The notes beneath the pieces were generated by a model that was not told the origin of the DNA, ran no database searches, and saw nothing but the letters and a program-made list of their open reading frames with translations. Below are positions 24,987-38,479 of a DNA stretch of 44,605 nucleotides, piece by piece. The position numbers and the translations under genes are program-made. Each line of letters starts with the position of its first letter. The first letter of the stretch is position 1. The stretch comes from Atractiella rhizophila (Eukaryota), in NCBI GenBank assembly GCA_021432655.1, contig MU271559.1, forward strand, positions 1 to 44,605. Reading direction: 5' to 3'.

Positions 24987-27198
24987 TTAAAGGGCCAACA
25001 TCTCCGCTACCTTTTTCTGATTCGTTTTCATCTGCTCCAATTGCAGCTCTATCCTCCCAAAACGCATCAGTATCCTCTCACACAGCTGTAAGAAAACAAA
25101 GTAGATGCGAGTGAGATGATAAGGAAAGGAGACAAACCCAAGTTCCTAATGAGGTGATCCCTCTCCGCCAACTCCTCCTTCAACCTCGCATTCTCATCCT
25201 CAAGCACCATAATCTTCCTCGTCGTCTCCTCATCCCTCACGCCTTCCATCTTCATCGGTTCCTCCCTCCTCTCTTCCACAAAAGTCGATTCCTTTTTCAC
25301 TGGAGCAGGGATCGTCTGTTCACGCACGGGAGTAGGAGCGGGAGCGGCGACTGGAGCGGGTGCAGCAGCCGGCGCAGGTGCTGGTGCAGTCTGGGTTGGA
25401 GTGGGGGCGGGGATGGATTGTTGCTTGTGCTGTTGCACGGCGGGGGCGGAAGAAGCCTGTTGAGTCTCCAGGTCGAGCATGATTGGAGCGGAGGTCTTCC
25501 CGGCGAAGAATTCGGAGGAGGTGAGCGCGGGTTTGGCGGAAGGGGCAGGGGGGAAGATGTCGGATTGGAAAGTCTCCGACTGGTCGTCATCAGCATCAGC
25601 ACATCAATAATTTTCGACCTGCAAGAAGAAAGGGAGGCAGCCAGAGACTGACTTTGCGCGGTACAATGAAGGAGATCGGCTCGATCAGCGTTCCTGAGCA
25701 CTTGAAAGCTCGCGCGATCTCGCACTCTGAGACGTTGAGGCCGCGACGAGGCAGGAAAGTCATTCCTCGCTGAGGTTCTGAGGACTTATACTCCGAGCTG
25801 TCCATCGATTCCATCAGTTTGCGCGTAAGTGGATGGGAAGTCGACGACTCACAGGAAGAAGAGGTCGTCGTTCTCGTACTCGTAGTATCGGATGTTACCA
25901 TCACTAACACCATGATCAATATCTCCCCATTCCGCTGTGAGACGCGCCATACCCCTTTCCAGCCAGATAAAGGATATTGTTTCCCTCTCCCCAGAACGGC
26001 ATCAGCGTTCCCGAGCTCGTATCCACCGTGATACTCTTGATTGGCCCCCTCTCAAGATTTTTTGAGTCCCAGAGCTTAACCTCTCGATCCGACATCTTCG
26101 AGAAACCGGTGGTAGCGATCCTGTCTAAACTGCCCATCCAAGCCACGCGAGAGGCTTTGATGCCCGCGTGCCCATCAACGATCTTGACTGGAGCTGCACC
26201 TGACCGGGGATCGAACAGGCGGAATTTCTTGTCCCTACAGGTACTACATATCGGCGCAAACGTGAGAACGTCCAGTGGCAGCAGAGACAGAGAGGACCAA
26301 CGTTGAGATCAGAGAGCCGGTCCAGTCCCAAGCCATGCTCTGGACCATGTCAGGTTGACTATGCAGTTCAATAGCAGCAGAGCCCTTCTCAACATCCCAC
26401 AACTATACCAGAGCAGCAAACCAGTCCACTTCACTCATCCCTGACAGTAAAGCGAAAACGCACCTTGATCTCTGTGCTCGCGGTAGCGAGGACGTTGTTC
26501 GCCGTCGGGTGCCAGCTCACATGTCCCACCTTCCTCTGATGAGCTTGCATCTTCACAACAGGTTCCAAGTCCTTGATTTCATGCCCTTTCCCTCCTTTAG
26601 CTGTGTCAGCGTGAGATAACCAGGCTTGTTCCAGCACGTCGGGGTCGATTCGTGTGAGAGCAACGCGGCAATCTTCACCGCAAGAAGCGATAAGATAATC
26701 ATCGAAGGGAGACCAGGCAGTGTCCAGCCTGCCCATCACCAACACCAGTTAAGCCAACTCTTCCTTTAATTCCAATCAAGATGAGACTTACACTGGCGCC
26801 GTGTGACCTCTACAAAGCGGATAGATATCAGGGAGCTTCCCGGTCCTCCCTAGAGAGGTGACGAGGAATGCTCCGCCACCAGACACCTGGTAGTTCACAG
26901 CGAGGAAGAGCGGGTTGGCGGATACGAGATCGGTATCGAAAGCATTGGCGGAGACTCTAACGTTGTCGTACGTCTTCTCCCTGCATCTCCCATCTCAACC
27001 CATGTTTCCACTCCTCAAAGGGACAAAGGAGACCTTTTCGCTGGCTATTTGGACACGTTTAAAGAAATCCAAGCTGTACCTTTCAAGAAAGACTCACCGA
27101 TCCATAAACATGCCTGTAGCTGGACGATCGAACAAAACGACTATACAGAGGATGAGGGCCAGCGCCTGAGCAGAGTAGGCGGGGGCAACGCACCTCAT
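24987..27198 (-). CDS. CRN1: Coronin (actin-binding WD40 protein)
   Basis: Spliced N-terminus MSRFVRSSSYRHVYG. Motifs DTAWSPFDD, IATTGFSKMSDRE, LYLAGKGDGNIR, SSEPQRGMTFLPRR, IEPISFIVPRKSETFQSDIFP. C-terminal coiled coil. Confidence 0.95.
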
Positions 27199-28202
27199 CT
27201 TGGATCGAAAGAAGAGATTCTGAGGCTCTGGCTGAGGAGACACGCGACAAGGATGGTGAACTTAAACAACCTGACTATGAAACGACATAGCAAACCAACT
27301 AAGGGGGGAGGCGACCATTCTGCGAGGATTCCCCCTTGAATTGATAGTCTACCTGAGTGTCTAGGTCCGACAGTGCATAGAACGGATCATGAAAGATCTA
27401 ACCGGCCCAAAAAGTCAGCTAGAACCTCAAGAACAATCAGCTAGCTAGATAAAGTCGCAAAGTCACATTACCAGCCTTTGGGACTTTCTTGTCTCTTGAA
27501 CTTTCAAGTTTCTTCAGTTAATTCTCAATAATATTTCTTAAGCTTAAAGATAGAAGCTGAAAAGCTTAATTACAGCGATTAACAGCATACTGTCCGGTGC
27601 TTCTGATTAGTCCTCGAATGATCGCTATGCATTACTCTCAGGCTCCTGCTTCCTGCAGTCAGAACCATAAACCAATAAGGGTTTCCAGTTGTTTCTTTGA
27701 TAATAGAGAAGACGCCATATTGGTGCATTGTCCCTACTTTGGTGATCCGAAGGAGCACAACTGGGAGTACGCAGCTGTCACAATGGGCTTTACCCCCGCG
27801 ACCTCCAGATTTCGAGTTTGAGGCCCTTCGGAGCCCCGATGACAACTTGATACACAAATCCTATGATGGAAAGGAACAGCTGACAATGCCAAATAATCTT
27901 CCACGTGACCGTTATGTATAGTGCTTATCTTGAAATTATCGCAATAAACGGCCTGTCATCGATGCCATTGATCTCTTTTGCCTACTTACATTCATTTCGT
28001 CGGGATATTTTGAGAGAGGTGTTGCCAGCGACCACACCTAGAGATGTATCTTTGTTTGCTTCAGTAGAAACATCGACAGAAGTTGTAGGATTGATGCTTG
28101 ACAGAGAAGGATCAGATGTGTCGCTCGCGTCGCGGGGACGTCACCCATGCAGTTGAGGAATACTTAAAGGGCTTGTATTCCTGAGGTGCACTAAGACCCG
28201 TC

Positions 28203-30524
28203 ATGGATGGACTACCGTGCCCAATCAAAGCAAAAACTGGGGTTTGCCCAGACGGAACAAGCTGTCCCAGAGCGAAATCACATGAATGGGATCAATCCGT
28301 CCTCATCCAAGCTAGCATTTGCAAATTTTCTACATGGCCTGGTGCCAAGTGCAAGCCACGGTGCCCATATCTTCACCAGGGAGATTATACAGTGGCAAAT
28401 GGTGCGACCGGTACCCCTCCTCCAGCTGCAATCCTGTAAGCTGATATATGACTCTTCTTTACAACCCTATGACCTATCTCATGCTTCTCAGGTCACAGCA
28501 ACCCTCTACTTCGACTGTTTCAACTAAACTAGGGTATGTTTTTTTACACATTTTAGCGTGACCACTCTGCTGCTAGTAGTGATATGTGTTCGACACGGGC
28601 TGCCCCGCATGTGCCTTCCTAACTTCTCTACTTGATCGGTGCCTCGATATTATACTGAAATATTGGACGGTAGAGATCTAGAAAACAAGGCTCGACAGCC
28701 AGTCCCTGGTAGCGGAAAGAACGCAAACTCACTTCCGACTCCCAGGAAAACTCCTGATAACTCAAGGTATGGCATTAGGAAAAGTTTTCTACAACATATA
28801 CGTATGCTTTACTTAGGAACACGGATCAATTACCGCAATTTCCAGGGTCCGTGCACAACACCACCCAATTTTCTGCCTTGCCCGTATCACCTCTGGTCAA
28901 TAGGTAAGTTACCTGACAAATAACTTTTAACTTCATATTCCTGAAGGGCTTTTGCGGAATAGTTCTCCGGTACTAAACACCAACGTTGGTCCCATATCAC
29001 GCCAGGCATCCAGGTGAGACTGAGTCTTGGAACGTCGACATTTACCGATAATTGGGTGACTTCCGTAAACTGTAAGAGGGGAGAATGCAAAGGCGGACGA
29101 AGAAGGGCAAGTCATCTCACCATCAAAGTCGTTGCGTTTTCTCCATACCTCTCATTCGAATTGGATCCTCAGCACTGATGTTTAAAAAGGATGCTGGAAC
29201 AGCCAGCGAGAAACAGTGGCTCAACGCAAGTCCCTGCGGGTCGACAGGATGTTATTCGAGGGCAGGAGTCAGTACATGGATGTATGGAACAAGTCCGCGT
29301 TCTTATACACCTTACGTCCCAAAAGTATTGAATATCACTTCGTCGTTAAAGGGAGGCGACGTTAGGGAAGTTAGTGATCAACTGCAGGATGCGATAGAGG
29401 ACAAGATTCAGACAATGGTTTGGAACTTCAAGACGAACCCTCTGTCCTGACGCGACTGGATTAGGCGAGCGAGCTTCAGAATTTGCGTCACCAAGTTTCG
29501 ATTCTGAACGAAGAAATAGAGTCATCAAAGAAGAAAGCTCGCTCAGCGGTATAAATATCTAATATGGAGTAGGAATTTACTGATGCCTTTTTAGGAGTCG
29601 AAACTACGGAGGCAAGAACACGAGACATTGATGTATAGGAGAAGAGCCGAAGATGCTGAGACGGTCACTGTAAGGGTCTCGTGGGTTGCTTCTACGCTTC
29701 TGTAATCCCTTAGACAGGGGATCAACCATCTCAAGTGGAAGAACGAGCTGCTTCAAGAGCGTGAGCGCGTTTCAAGATTGAATGCCAAACTGGCGGCGGC
29801 TAGGAGGGAGCAATGGGATGCGACGAGAAAGGCATACGATGAAAAAGAAGCGGAGATCACAGAACACAAGAAATTATTAGCGGCGAGCGAAACTCGAGAG
29901 GTAGTAAGCCCCATCTGTCTGTTTATCTCATCACGACTGACTTGTGACTGGCAAGGCACTCTCGCGAGAATTAAGTCGAATAGCCCAGGATGACAAGCTC
30001 CAGACTTCTACCTCAGTGAGAGCTCAGGAGGTCAGGCGGTTACAGAAGATAGACACCTTAAGCTATCTCATCATATACCTGAGATCGTTAACCTATTACC
30101 GTCGCCAGGCTCGTACCTTTGTCCCTAGCTTTTGGTTTCCTCAAACCTTGCGCTCCGTGATAGCAACTCGGTATTGACAGATCTACCACACGAGAACAAA
30201 TTAGGACTACCTTTGGAAGCAACAGTTTGAAGTGTAGGCTGTCTGCCTCCAACATCTTCGCACTGACTGTCGTGGATTCTTCAGTCAACTGTGACATCTC
30301 AAAAAGTGGCGGCCGTGAGTTGCTTACCATCTTGTTTTATATGGCAATGAAGGACAGTTATTGTACGGCACCAGGCAGACCAATGCACGAGTTGGTAAGT
30401 GTCCCATTGTTGGTAGGAATCAGCCAGGGAGAAAACATGTTGTCCGTGACAGATCAACAAAGCCAAGGATATCGTTTTGTGGGGGCGCAAGTCTGACCGC
30501 CACTTTTGTGGACGCCGCAGGTAA
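28203..30524 (+). CDS. CCCH zinc-finger pair + coiled coil + degenerate J-like domain (HPD replaced by NCD), many exons
   Basis: N-terminal C-x8-C-x5-C-x5-H plus C-x9-C-x3-C-x3-H. In-frame exon chain through a coiled coil (ASELQNLRHQV..., ERERVSRLNAKL...). Terminal exons 30164-30233, 30285-30314, 30375-30394 and 30453-30524 give QLGIDRSTTREQIRTTFGSNSLKFNCDISKSGGRRPMHELINKAKDIVLW. The start codon and the donor before 30164 are uncertain. Confidence 0.72.
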
Positions 30525-30981
30525 CCATATAACAAGTCAAGAATATCGTAATGAAAATAAATGATCATTAGTTCGTTTGATGTTTTGTGGTTGGTACAAA
30601 GCACAAGTTAGCTGAGGACTAGTGCTGGAAGGAATAGTAGACGAGACTGAAAACTGAAGCCAGATGATCAAGGACGAGAGAGCACACAATTAAGTAATAG
30701 AAACTAGGAAGAGCTGATAATACAATGTCCATCCTCATCGCCTGAGCACTAATCCTGAAGTGACCAAAATTGAGGGAGAGGGGGAAGGACCGGAACAACC
30801 ACAAATTGATAGATGGATAGAATGGAAGGAGACTCGGTATGTTAACGACAATGTGGTTGATGAACTTATAAGTTGAGGGATTACAAATCAAGATAGAAGA
30901 GAGGAAAATCGAAAACTGAATGCTGCAAACCTGATACCTCCAATGCAAACTCCGTTTCCCTATCCCATGTGATGCCTTGGT

Positions 30982-33283
30982 TTACCAACCGGAGGTATGG
31001 TAGCTTTGTCCGAACCTTTCCTGCCACGGTGTCTCCTCTTCATCGTCGCCAATCTCACTCTGGGTTTCCAGGCCATCGTCATAATCTTCTTGCCCGTTCT
31101 GCCTCCTGTCATTCCGTCTCAAATACTTGTTGGCCATCTCCCTCCTCTGATTCTTATCCGCGGCAACGCTTTTATCCTTCAGAATCTTGGTGAACTTCTT
31201 CAACCTCTCTTCGACAGGAACGATCTTTCTCCTGCGTCCATTGACCATGATGGTGCCCGGTTCAGGCGTGACCTCCGGCGCAGGACCCAATCGATCTTCA
31301 ATATCTCTGATGTCCTTGCCAGGAGGGAGGCTGACTGAAGTTCCCAAAACCTGGGTTTTGCTCACATCTCCCACAGTTGCACCACTCTTCAATGCCATTG
31401 CTGGCGGTTTCGGGGTATCGTTCGGGTTCCCCCAAATGGGACCCTTAATGACCTTTGCCCAGTTCCCAGAGCCATAGCCCTGTCCCATTCCCTCTCCTGG
31501 CATGCCTCTCTCTGATGAGATTCTGCCAAAGACCCTCGCTAAATTCCCCTGCCAACATATTGCGTTTCGTTGTCCTCGGTGACAAAGGAGGAGCCATCAA
31601 GCCCTCGAGACGCTCCCTGTCTCTCCGATCAATTTTGACCTGATAACGCTGCTTCTGCTCTTTTGCCTCAGCATCTTCCTCCTCTTCATCCTCATCGTCA
31701 CTCTCCAACTCGATACCCGCTGGTTTCCCGCCTAGTCGACTGGGGCCAGGTATCGGTCGAGGTTGTGGAGGACCAGCAGTGGCAGGGGTGACAGCAGTCA
31801 TTGGACGAAGAGCGGAGAGGCCGCCTCTAGCACCGAGGGGCAGGGAACCTTTGGCTTTGCTGAGCTCTCCGTTCCCTTTAACTTCGAGAGCGGTCGTGCT
31901 CTTGCTGGCCTGAAGACCGGTGAGGAGATCGCGCTCGCTCTTATTCCGATGAAAGACGGCTTTGATGCGCACGTCTTCGTCGACTTGGGAGGGATGGAAG
32001 ATGGCGGTGAGCGCAGATGGACGGGTGGTGACATCGACCATCGAGACTGGACGCTTGACGAACCAAGTCTCTTTATCCCTGTTATGCTCATCCCATTCCT
32101 TTTGTAATGCCGTCTGCCGCTCATCCTCCGAGTTCAACTCCTCCTCCTCCCCTTCCGATGACCACAACGAATCCAAATCATCCTCCTCCGCATCAGTTGT
32201 CTCCAGCTCATCAGATCCACTAGACACTAGCACAGGGGCAGCTTTCAAGGGAGGCGGTAACGCTTTCTTCTTTGTCTCTGCACATGCAAGAGGGGCGGCC
32301 GAAGAAGCTGAAGTCGAAGTTGTTGACGGTTGAGAATGAATAGGCTGCAATGGCTGCAAAGCCTTAACGATGGGCTGCATCGGTTTGAGTCCTGAAGCGC
32401 CTAAACTCGCCGTCCTCCTCTGTGGGACCAACTCCTTCTCCTTTCCCTTAACCTTGGATCCGTTCGCCATAGGTTGTAGAAGTGGGAGACTCGTCGAAGG
32501 GGTCTCATCCTCGCTAGGAACGATTTCGAATCCCTTTACCACCTTCAAAGGATCGCCTTTGATTGGCGGAGGGATGTTGAGGATCTTCCTCCTCGCCGTC
32601 TCTCCCCAGATCTGCTGGCTCCGTCTCTCAGGTTCCGCCGGTGGGGGGTTAAGCGGGGGAAGAGGTCTGAGCGGATTGACGTATCCGGGGTAAGGGAGGT
32701 CAACGAGGGGTTGCGGTGCAGTGGAACGACGCGAGAGCGATGGCTTCGGCGCACCTTTCTGGACTGGAGGGTGGTCGTGAGACATCCGACGAGCGGGTTT
32801 CGAGCCGATGGGAGGTGATGGCCCAACAGCTCCTCCAACTCGACGGGGAGAGATCGGAGATACATTCTTCTTCGCTCGATGCGTGGTAGATTGTGAATGA
32901 GAGTGTGATCGCTTCGTCACTACCGGTGAGAGCTGTCGACGAGCCACGACGGGAGAAATTGCACGGCGAGCACCTGTGGTGGTTGAGGTGTTGGAAGGTG
33001 TCGGAGAAGACACGATGCGTTTGTTAAGCACGCCATTGCTGGGCTGGATGGGTTGGGATCGATGAACAGGCATACTCCTTTTCGTCTTCCCCGATGATGC
33101 TGTCGGAGTTGGAGGTTTGGAGTGGGTTGTTGGAATCGGAGTCGCACTTGCCACAGAAGTTTGGAGTTTAGCGAGTGGACAAGCGATGGGTGATAGTGGT
33201 TTGAACACTAGGCTACCGGTCCCTCCGTCCCTTTCCCTGCCTAAATCCAGTCTCGCACCTTCCAACACCTTAGCCAGCTCCGG
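30982..33283 (-). CDS. DUF3295-type low-complexity protein, 5' end in gap; frame break near 31400-31515
   Basis: PPLSPRTTKRNMLAGEFSEGLWQNLIRER and terminal YHTSGW* resemble DUF3295 motifs. Long Pro/Ser-rich ORF. Confidence 0.8.
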
Positions 33284-33937
33284 NNNNNNNNNNNNNNNNN
33301 NNNNNNNNNNNNNNNNNNNNNNNNNNNNNNNNNNNNNNNNNNNNNNNNNNNNNNNNNNNNNNNNNNNNNNNNNNNNNNNNNNNNNNNNNNNNNNNNNNNN
33401 NNNNNNNNNNNNNNNNNNNNNNNNNNNNNNNNNNNNNNNNNNNNNNNNNNNNNNNNNNNNNNNNNNNNNNNNNNNNNNNNNNNNNNNNNNNNNNNNNNNN
33501 NNNNNNNNNNNNNNNNNNNNNNNNNNNNNNNNNNNNNNNNNNNNNNNNNNNNNNNNNNNNNNNNNNNNNNNNNNNNNNNNNNNNNNNNNNNNNNNNNNNN
33601 NNNNNNNNNNNNNNNNNNNNNNNNNNNNNNNNNNNNNNNNNNNNNNNNNNNNNNNNNNNNNNNNNNNNNNNNNNNNNNNNNNNNNNNNNNNNNNNNNNNN
33701 NNNNNNNNNNNNNNNNNNNNNNNNNNNNNNNNNNNNNNNNNNNNNNNNNNNNNNNNNNNNNNNNNNNNNNNNNNNNNNNNNNNNNNNNNNNNNNNNNNNN
33801 NNNNNNNNNNNNNNNNNNNNNNNNNNNNNNNNNNNNNNNNNNNNNNNNNNNNNNNNNNNNNNNNNNNNNNNNNNNNNNNNNNNNNNNNNNNNNNNNNNNN
33901 NNNNNNNNNNNNNNNNNNNNNNNNNNNNNNNNNNNNG
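33284..33937. other. Assembly gap (N run)
   Basis: N run. Confidence 1.
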
Positions 33938-34439
33938 GGAAGAAGCGATGGTGGTTGGGGAAATAAGTGTTCTTCTTGTGACGGGTGTCCGCAATCCGAT
34001 AGTTCGGATCTCGGGGCGCGGTTAAATATTCAAGGTCTCGGAGAAGTGGGGTATATCCGATCACACGGTTCATGCCACCGACTCAGACCATCTCACATCT
34101 GATTGAGGATGCCAAAATCTCTGCTTATACCATGTGCAGCTTCAAGCCATGGCGCATCGAATTTGGTTAGGAATGTCGAGTTCCCTTCTAGACGATAATT
34201 TGGATGGATCAGGATGGGATCATGCCAAAGTGCTGCTGCGATATCGATGCAGATCGATTGATTGGCCTTCCGACGCACTAAGCGACTCACGAGCTCTCCT
34301 GCATGCTTTCCTTGTTCAATACTTTGGATTTTCCAGACCTCTTTTTCTTGAACTCGTCCGCCTTCCTGCCCGTTTCATGTTCTGTTCGTGTTCTGCAAGT
34401 GGGGGTCGAGTGTCCGACGTCCCGCTTGCCACAAGTTCA

Positions 34440-35379
34440 NNNNNNNNNNNNNNNNNNNNNNNNNNNNNNNNNNNNNNNNNNNNNNNNNNNNNNNNNNNNN
34501 NNNNNNNNNNNNNNNNNNNNNNNNNNNNNNNNNNNNNNNNNNNNNNNNNNNNNNNNNNNNNNNNNNNNNNNNNNNNNNNNNNNNNNNNNNNNNNNNNNNN
34601 NNNNNNNNNNNNNNNNNNNNNNNNNNNNNNNNNNNNNNNNNNNNNNNNNNNNNNNNNNNNNNNNNNNNNNNNNNNNNNNNNNNNNNNNNNNNNNNNNNNN
34701 NNNNNNNNNNNNNNNNNNNNNNNNNNNNNNNNNNNNNNNNNNNNNNNNNNNNNNNNNNNNNNNNNNNNNNNNNNNNNNNNNNNNNNNNNNNNNNNNNNNN
34801 NNNNNNNNNNNNNNNNNNNNNNNNNNNNNNNNNNNNNNNNNNNNNNNNNNNNNNNNNNNNNNNNNNNNNNNNNNNNNNNNNNNNNNNNNNNNNNNNNNNN
34901 NNNNNNNNNNNNNNNNNNNNNNNNNNNNNNNNNNNNNNNNNNNNNNNNNNNNNNNNNNNNNNNNNNNNNNNNNNNNNNNNNNNNNNNNNNNNNNNNNNNN
35001 NNNNNNNNNNNNNNNNNNNNNNNNNNNNNNNNNNNNNNNNNNNNNNNNNNNNNNNNNNNNNNNNNNNNNNNNNNNNNNNNNNNNNNNNNNNNNNNNNNNN
35101 NNNNNNNNNNNNNNNNNNNNNNNNNNNNNNNNNNNNNNNNNNNNNNNNNNNNNNNNNNNNNNNNNNNNNNNNNNNNNNNNNNNNNNNNNNNNNNNNNNNN
35201 NNNNNNNNNNNNNNNNNNNNNNNNNNNNNNNNNNNNNNNNNNNNNNNNNNNNNNNNNNNNNNNNNNNNNNNNNNNNNNNNNNNNNNNNNNNNNNNNNNNN
35301 NNNNNNNNNNNNNNNNNNNNNNNNNNNNNNNNNNNNNNNNNNNNNNNNNNNNNNNNNNNNNNNNNNNNNNNNNNNNNNN
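34440..35379. other. Assembly gap (N run)
   Basis: N run. Confidence 1.
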
Positions 35380-36049
35380 TGCTGCATGGTCTTGGACAAG
35401 AAACATTTTGCCTCCTTCAAATTTCTATCCACTTCTGCCAGCAGAGCTAGCAGGAAGGATGGGTGGCGACGAAATTGCGTGCCACGCTCCAAGTTCAAGC
35501 AAGCAACCTCTGAATGTTATCCGCCTACTTCCCGAGGGAGGAGTAGGCTCCAAGTTCGACATCGGAATGCTCCACTTCTTTGCCAATCTCGTGCTTCTAA
35601 GGTTACTCCCTGACAATGCTGATGGCCAAAGCTGCGCGAGGACACTCCGACTGCTCCGATTGTAACAGAGCTCGACCGTTATCGCCTAGTTGGAAGCTTT
35701 AAGCGACCACTGCGAAGGGGTGATGGGAGCGTCCGGTTCCTTTGTTCTGTGTCCTCGCGATTTCTTCCAGAGCTGACAGTGGCGAATGCTTTTGTACCAG
35801 TAGCCGACATGTCGTTGCGAGTGTTCTCAAAGCGGAACGTAAATCCAGCCGTTTCTCCAGCCAGCAGCCAGAACAGATCGAGCATTGGAAGAAGGCTCGG
35901 TCGATGGTTGACGGTGTGGTGGTGTCTTCGATGTCGATGGTTATAAAAGTCACCCCAGGCTGGGATTTGGATTTCTCCAGCTTGGCAATCTCCATCAGAT
36001 TCAGCTCTCTTTTTTATTCGTTCTCTTCATCATTCCTTCACACCTCAAG

Positions 36050-37791
36050 ATGCGCGCTTCTCTCCTTTGGTCGTCATTCCTTTCTATTGTCGCGGTATCT
36101 GCCCAAAACTTGGTGCAGGATCCTAGTTTCAATATTGCTAGCTCGGGAGGGTGAGTCTCGCAGTCAGTTGTAATCGGAGTTGCACCTGATTGAAGATGAT
36201 AGAGGATGGTCGATCTGTTAGCATACCACAGTCTTTCGAGCCTGCAACGCTGACTACTCGTTCCAGATGGTTCGTCTTACGCTCGATATTATCCTGGAGA
36301 AGGAATAGACGGTTCATCGTATGTGCACACATCTTCACTTCAAGTTGAAAACTGATGTCAACTGTCAACGATCAGCTGCTTCGGCATTGCTTCCACGTAC
36401 GAACCTCTCGTTAGCTAGCGCAGTAAGCCCCTTGATGGACAAAAGAGCAGCTCCGAACAGTTCGATGTGGCGAGTCAACCTGTCAGCGGTCTCACCGTTG
36501 GAGGGACGTATACGCTCTCCTTCTGGCTACGCTACCGATCAACGGCACCAACGTCTGTTTATGTCACTGTCGGCGACTTCTTCTCGGGTTCGTCTACCTA
36601 TTCCCACAACTTCCACTTCTCCTTCTGGCTTGTTGATTCGCGGCGCTTTCCCAGGCGAAGTACCATCTAATCAAATTACCGGCTCTTGGGTGCAACACAC
36701 TTTCACTTTCACGTCCACAGCAAGAACCGCTTCTCTCACCATTTATGGAGTGAACTTACCGGACTGGACTTACGTTGATAATGTTTTCTTGGGTCTCTCG
36801 GGTAGCAGTTATAACCTCGTTCATGGTCAGTGCTCTTTTTCTGAGAAATAGGAAATGATCAAATTGAGATGCACAGACCCTGGCTTTGAGCAATCGAATC
36901 CTACTTCGCCTTGGGGACTATGTTCGTGTTTCCCTCCCTTTCGTGACTTTTTCTGAGACACCCACAGCTGGAGGTTCCACTGCTGCCATCGAAGCAGGCT
37001 CATATGACACATCGGCGACCGTACGTTTTCAGTTCGTCACCATCACGTTCTGACGCTGTCTTGCAGAGCTCCAGCACTCCCGATGTCGTCAGTCAACTGA
37101 TCCGTCCCCTGGATACGTCCAAATCGTATACTTTGTCCTTTTCCGCGAAAGTCGATGGGAGCTGTGTATGCTTCTCGTCCAACTGACTCTTCATCCTCCA
37201 ATGACGATTTTAGAGCTCTGCACGTCTTACGGCCGCATTTGGAATGTTCTCCAAAACCCTCACTTGCTCTGCCCTGTCTAATGGATGGTCGACATTCTCC
37301 TACGAGGTTAGACCCACAACGGACTCAATTACCATTTCTTTCTCTGCCTACAGCAATGGCAACACCATCTATGTGGACGACGTTTCGATCACGGCGGACT
37401 CCGAGCTAGCTCCCAGTGCAATCCCAGCCAGAAGGAAGCGAGAGGCAATGAAAAGAAGGCACCAACAATTGCTACATGATCATCCCTTCTGCCCCATCAA
37501 CATGTCCGCCTGTCCCGTCTTTCTTGCAAACGGCAAGAAACGTGACGGCGCTTTCGAGGTCTGCTTTCTCTTTTCCTCCTTCCATTGTTTTTTGAAGCGT
37601 CTGATTGTGCGATGCTCTAGTGCCTCGACCCAGCCACGGAGCTCAATTCCTGCGGTGGTTGCATCGGGCAAGGAGGTGTCGATTGCGAAGCCCTCCCAGG
37701 TGTCGCCTCCGTGTCTTGCCAGCAGTCTCAATGCGTCGTCTCCCGATGCAAATCTGGTTTCTCGCTCTTTGACAATGCTTGTATTGCTTGA
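36050..37791 (+). CDS. Secreted protein: two CBM4/9-like (galactose-binding fold) repeats + C-terminal CPL1/PriA-like Cys-rich domain
   Basis: Signal peptide MRASLLWSSFLSIVAVSA. Repeat 1: NLVQDPSF...TYTLSFW...WVQHTFTF...YVDNV. Repeat 2: NLVHDPGFE...SYTLSFSAK...WSTFSYEV...YVDDVSI. Then RRKR and CPINMSACP...FECLDPATELNSCGGC...GVDCEALPGVASVSC...C...C...C. Confidence 0.8.
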
Positions 37792-38479
37792 CCGCCGCTC
37801 CATTCAGTTCACCCTGTCTACCTTTCGTCGAATTAGCATAGTCGAATTAGCATAATTTTCTTCGTTTTCGGTGCTATTTCTCGTTGTCCTCTTGTTGTGT
37901 ATAGTACACAGGATTAAGAGTAGAAGTTTCCTTTCAAGTCACCTTCTTCTATTAGAGCCCACCGTCTGTCATGATAAGATTCAACCGCTTGCGCCTCCAT
38001 AGCCAAGGCCACTAGGCTGCTGATCATCGTCCTTCAAATCTGCATCTTGTTCTGGCGTTGTCGGAGTCGTTGTAATGTGAGCACTTCAAAAGACTCCATC
38101 CTTTCCTTTTTACATCCCAGCGGTATGCATCAAAATGGTACGAAGACGAGCGCAATGCATTGATGCATCCGTTCTGAATGTTCACTGAAGGAGACGCCAC
38201 CAGCTCGTTCAAGGTTTTGGGTCAGTGACGGGTTCAATCATCAATTGATTAATTAATGTTTATTGATTCCACGAAGACAGGCTATTGAATTCATTGCATT
38301 TATTCTCCATTTCAGAATGGAATTAGAGTGCGTGAAAGCTAACCATCTGAAGGTTCTGAACCATCTGAACTTTGACGGATTGTTTGGCTGCCCTTAAAGA
38401 GATAAAAAGCACCCCTAATCGATGCCTTCGTATTTCCCTTCAAATCCTCTCTGTAGTGGGAGATTGGTGAGCTATTAGT

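Noticed and set aside
27199..27290. In-frame upstream ATG giving a 17-aa coronin N-terminal extension
   Set aside because: Needs a weak 39-nt intron, and the conserved MSRFVR start is already present.
27560..28200. Short + strand ORFs upstream of the CCCH/J-like gene
   Set aside because: Could not be spliced convincingly into the gene or into a separate one; extra 5' exons are not excluded.
34011..34090. tRNA-like look: GGTCT...GGTTCA...AGACCA
   Set aside because: Only about 57 nt between the pairing ends, no D or anticodon arms, and no proper GTTCRA T-loop.
33938..34439. Island between gaps with minus-strand splice signals and a TCGKRDVGHSTPTC knuckle-like string
   Set aside because: Too short, bounded by gaps, with an in-frame stop right before the motif; cannot be assigned.
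35380..35995. Overlapping short minus-strand ORFs (MEIAKLEK..., MLDLFWLL...)
   Set aside because: No consistent exon chain or recognisable motif; may be a gene fragment running into the gap.
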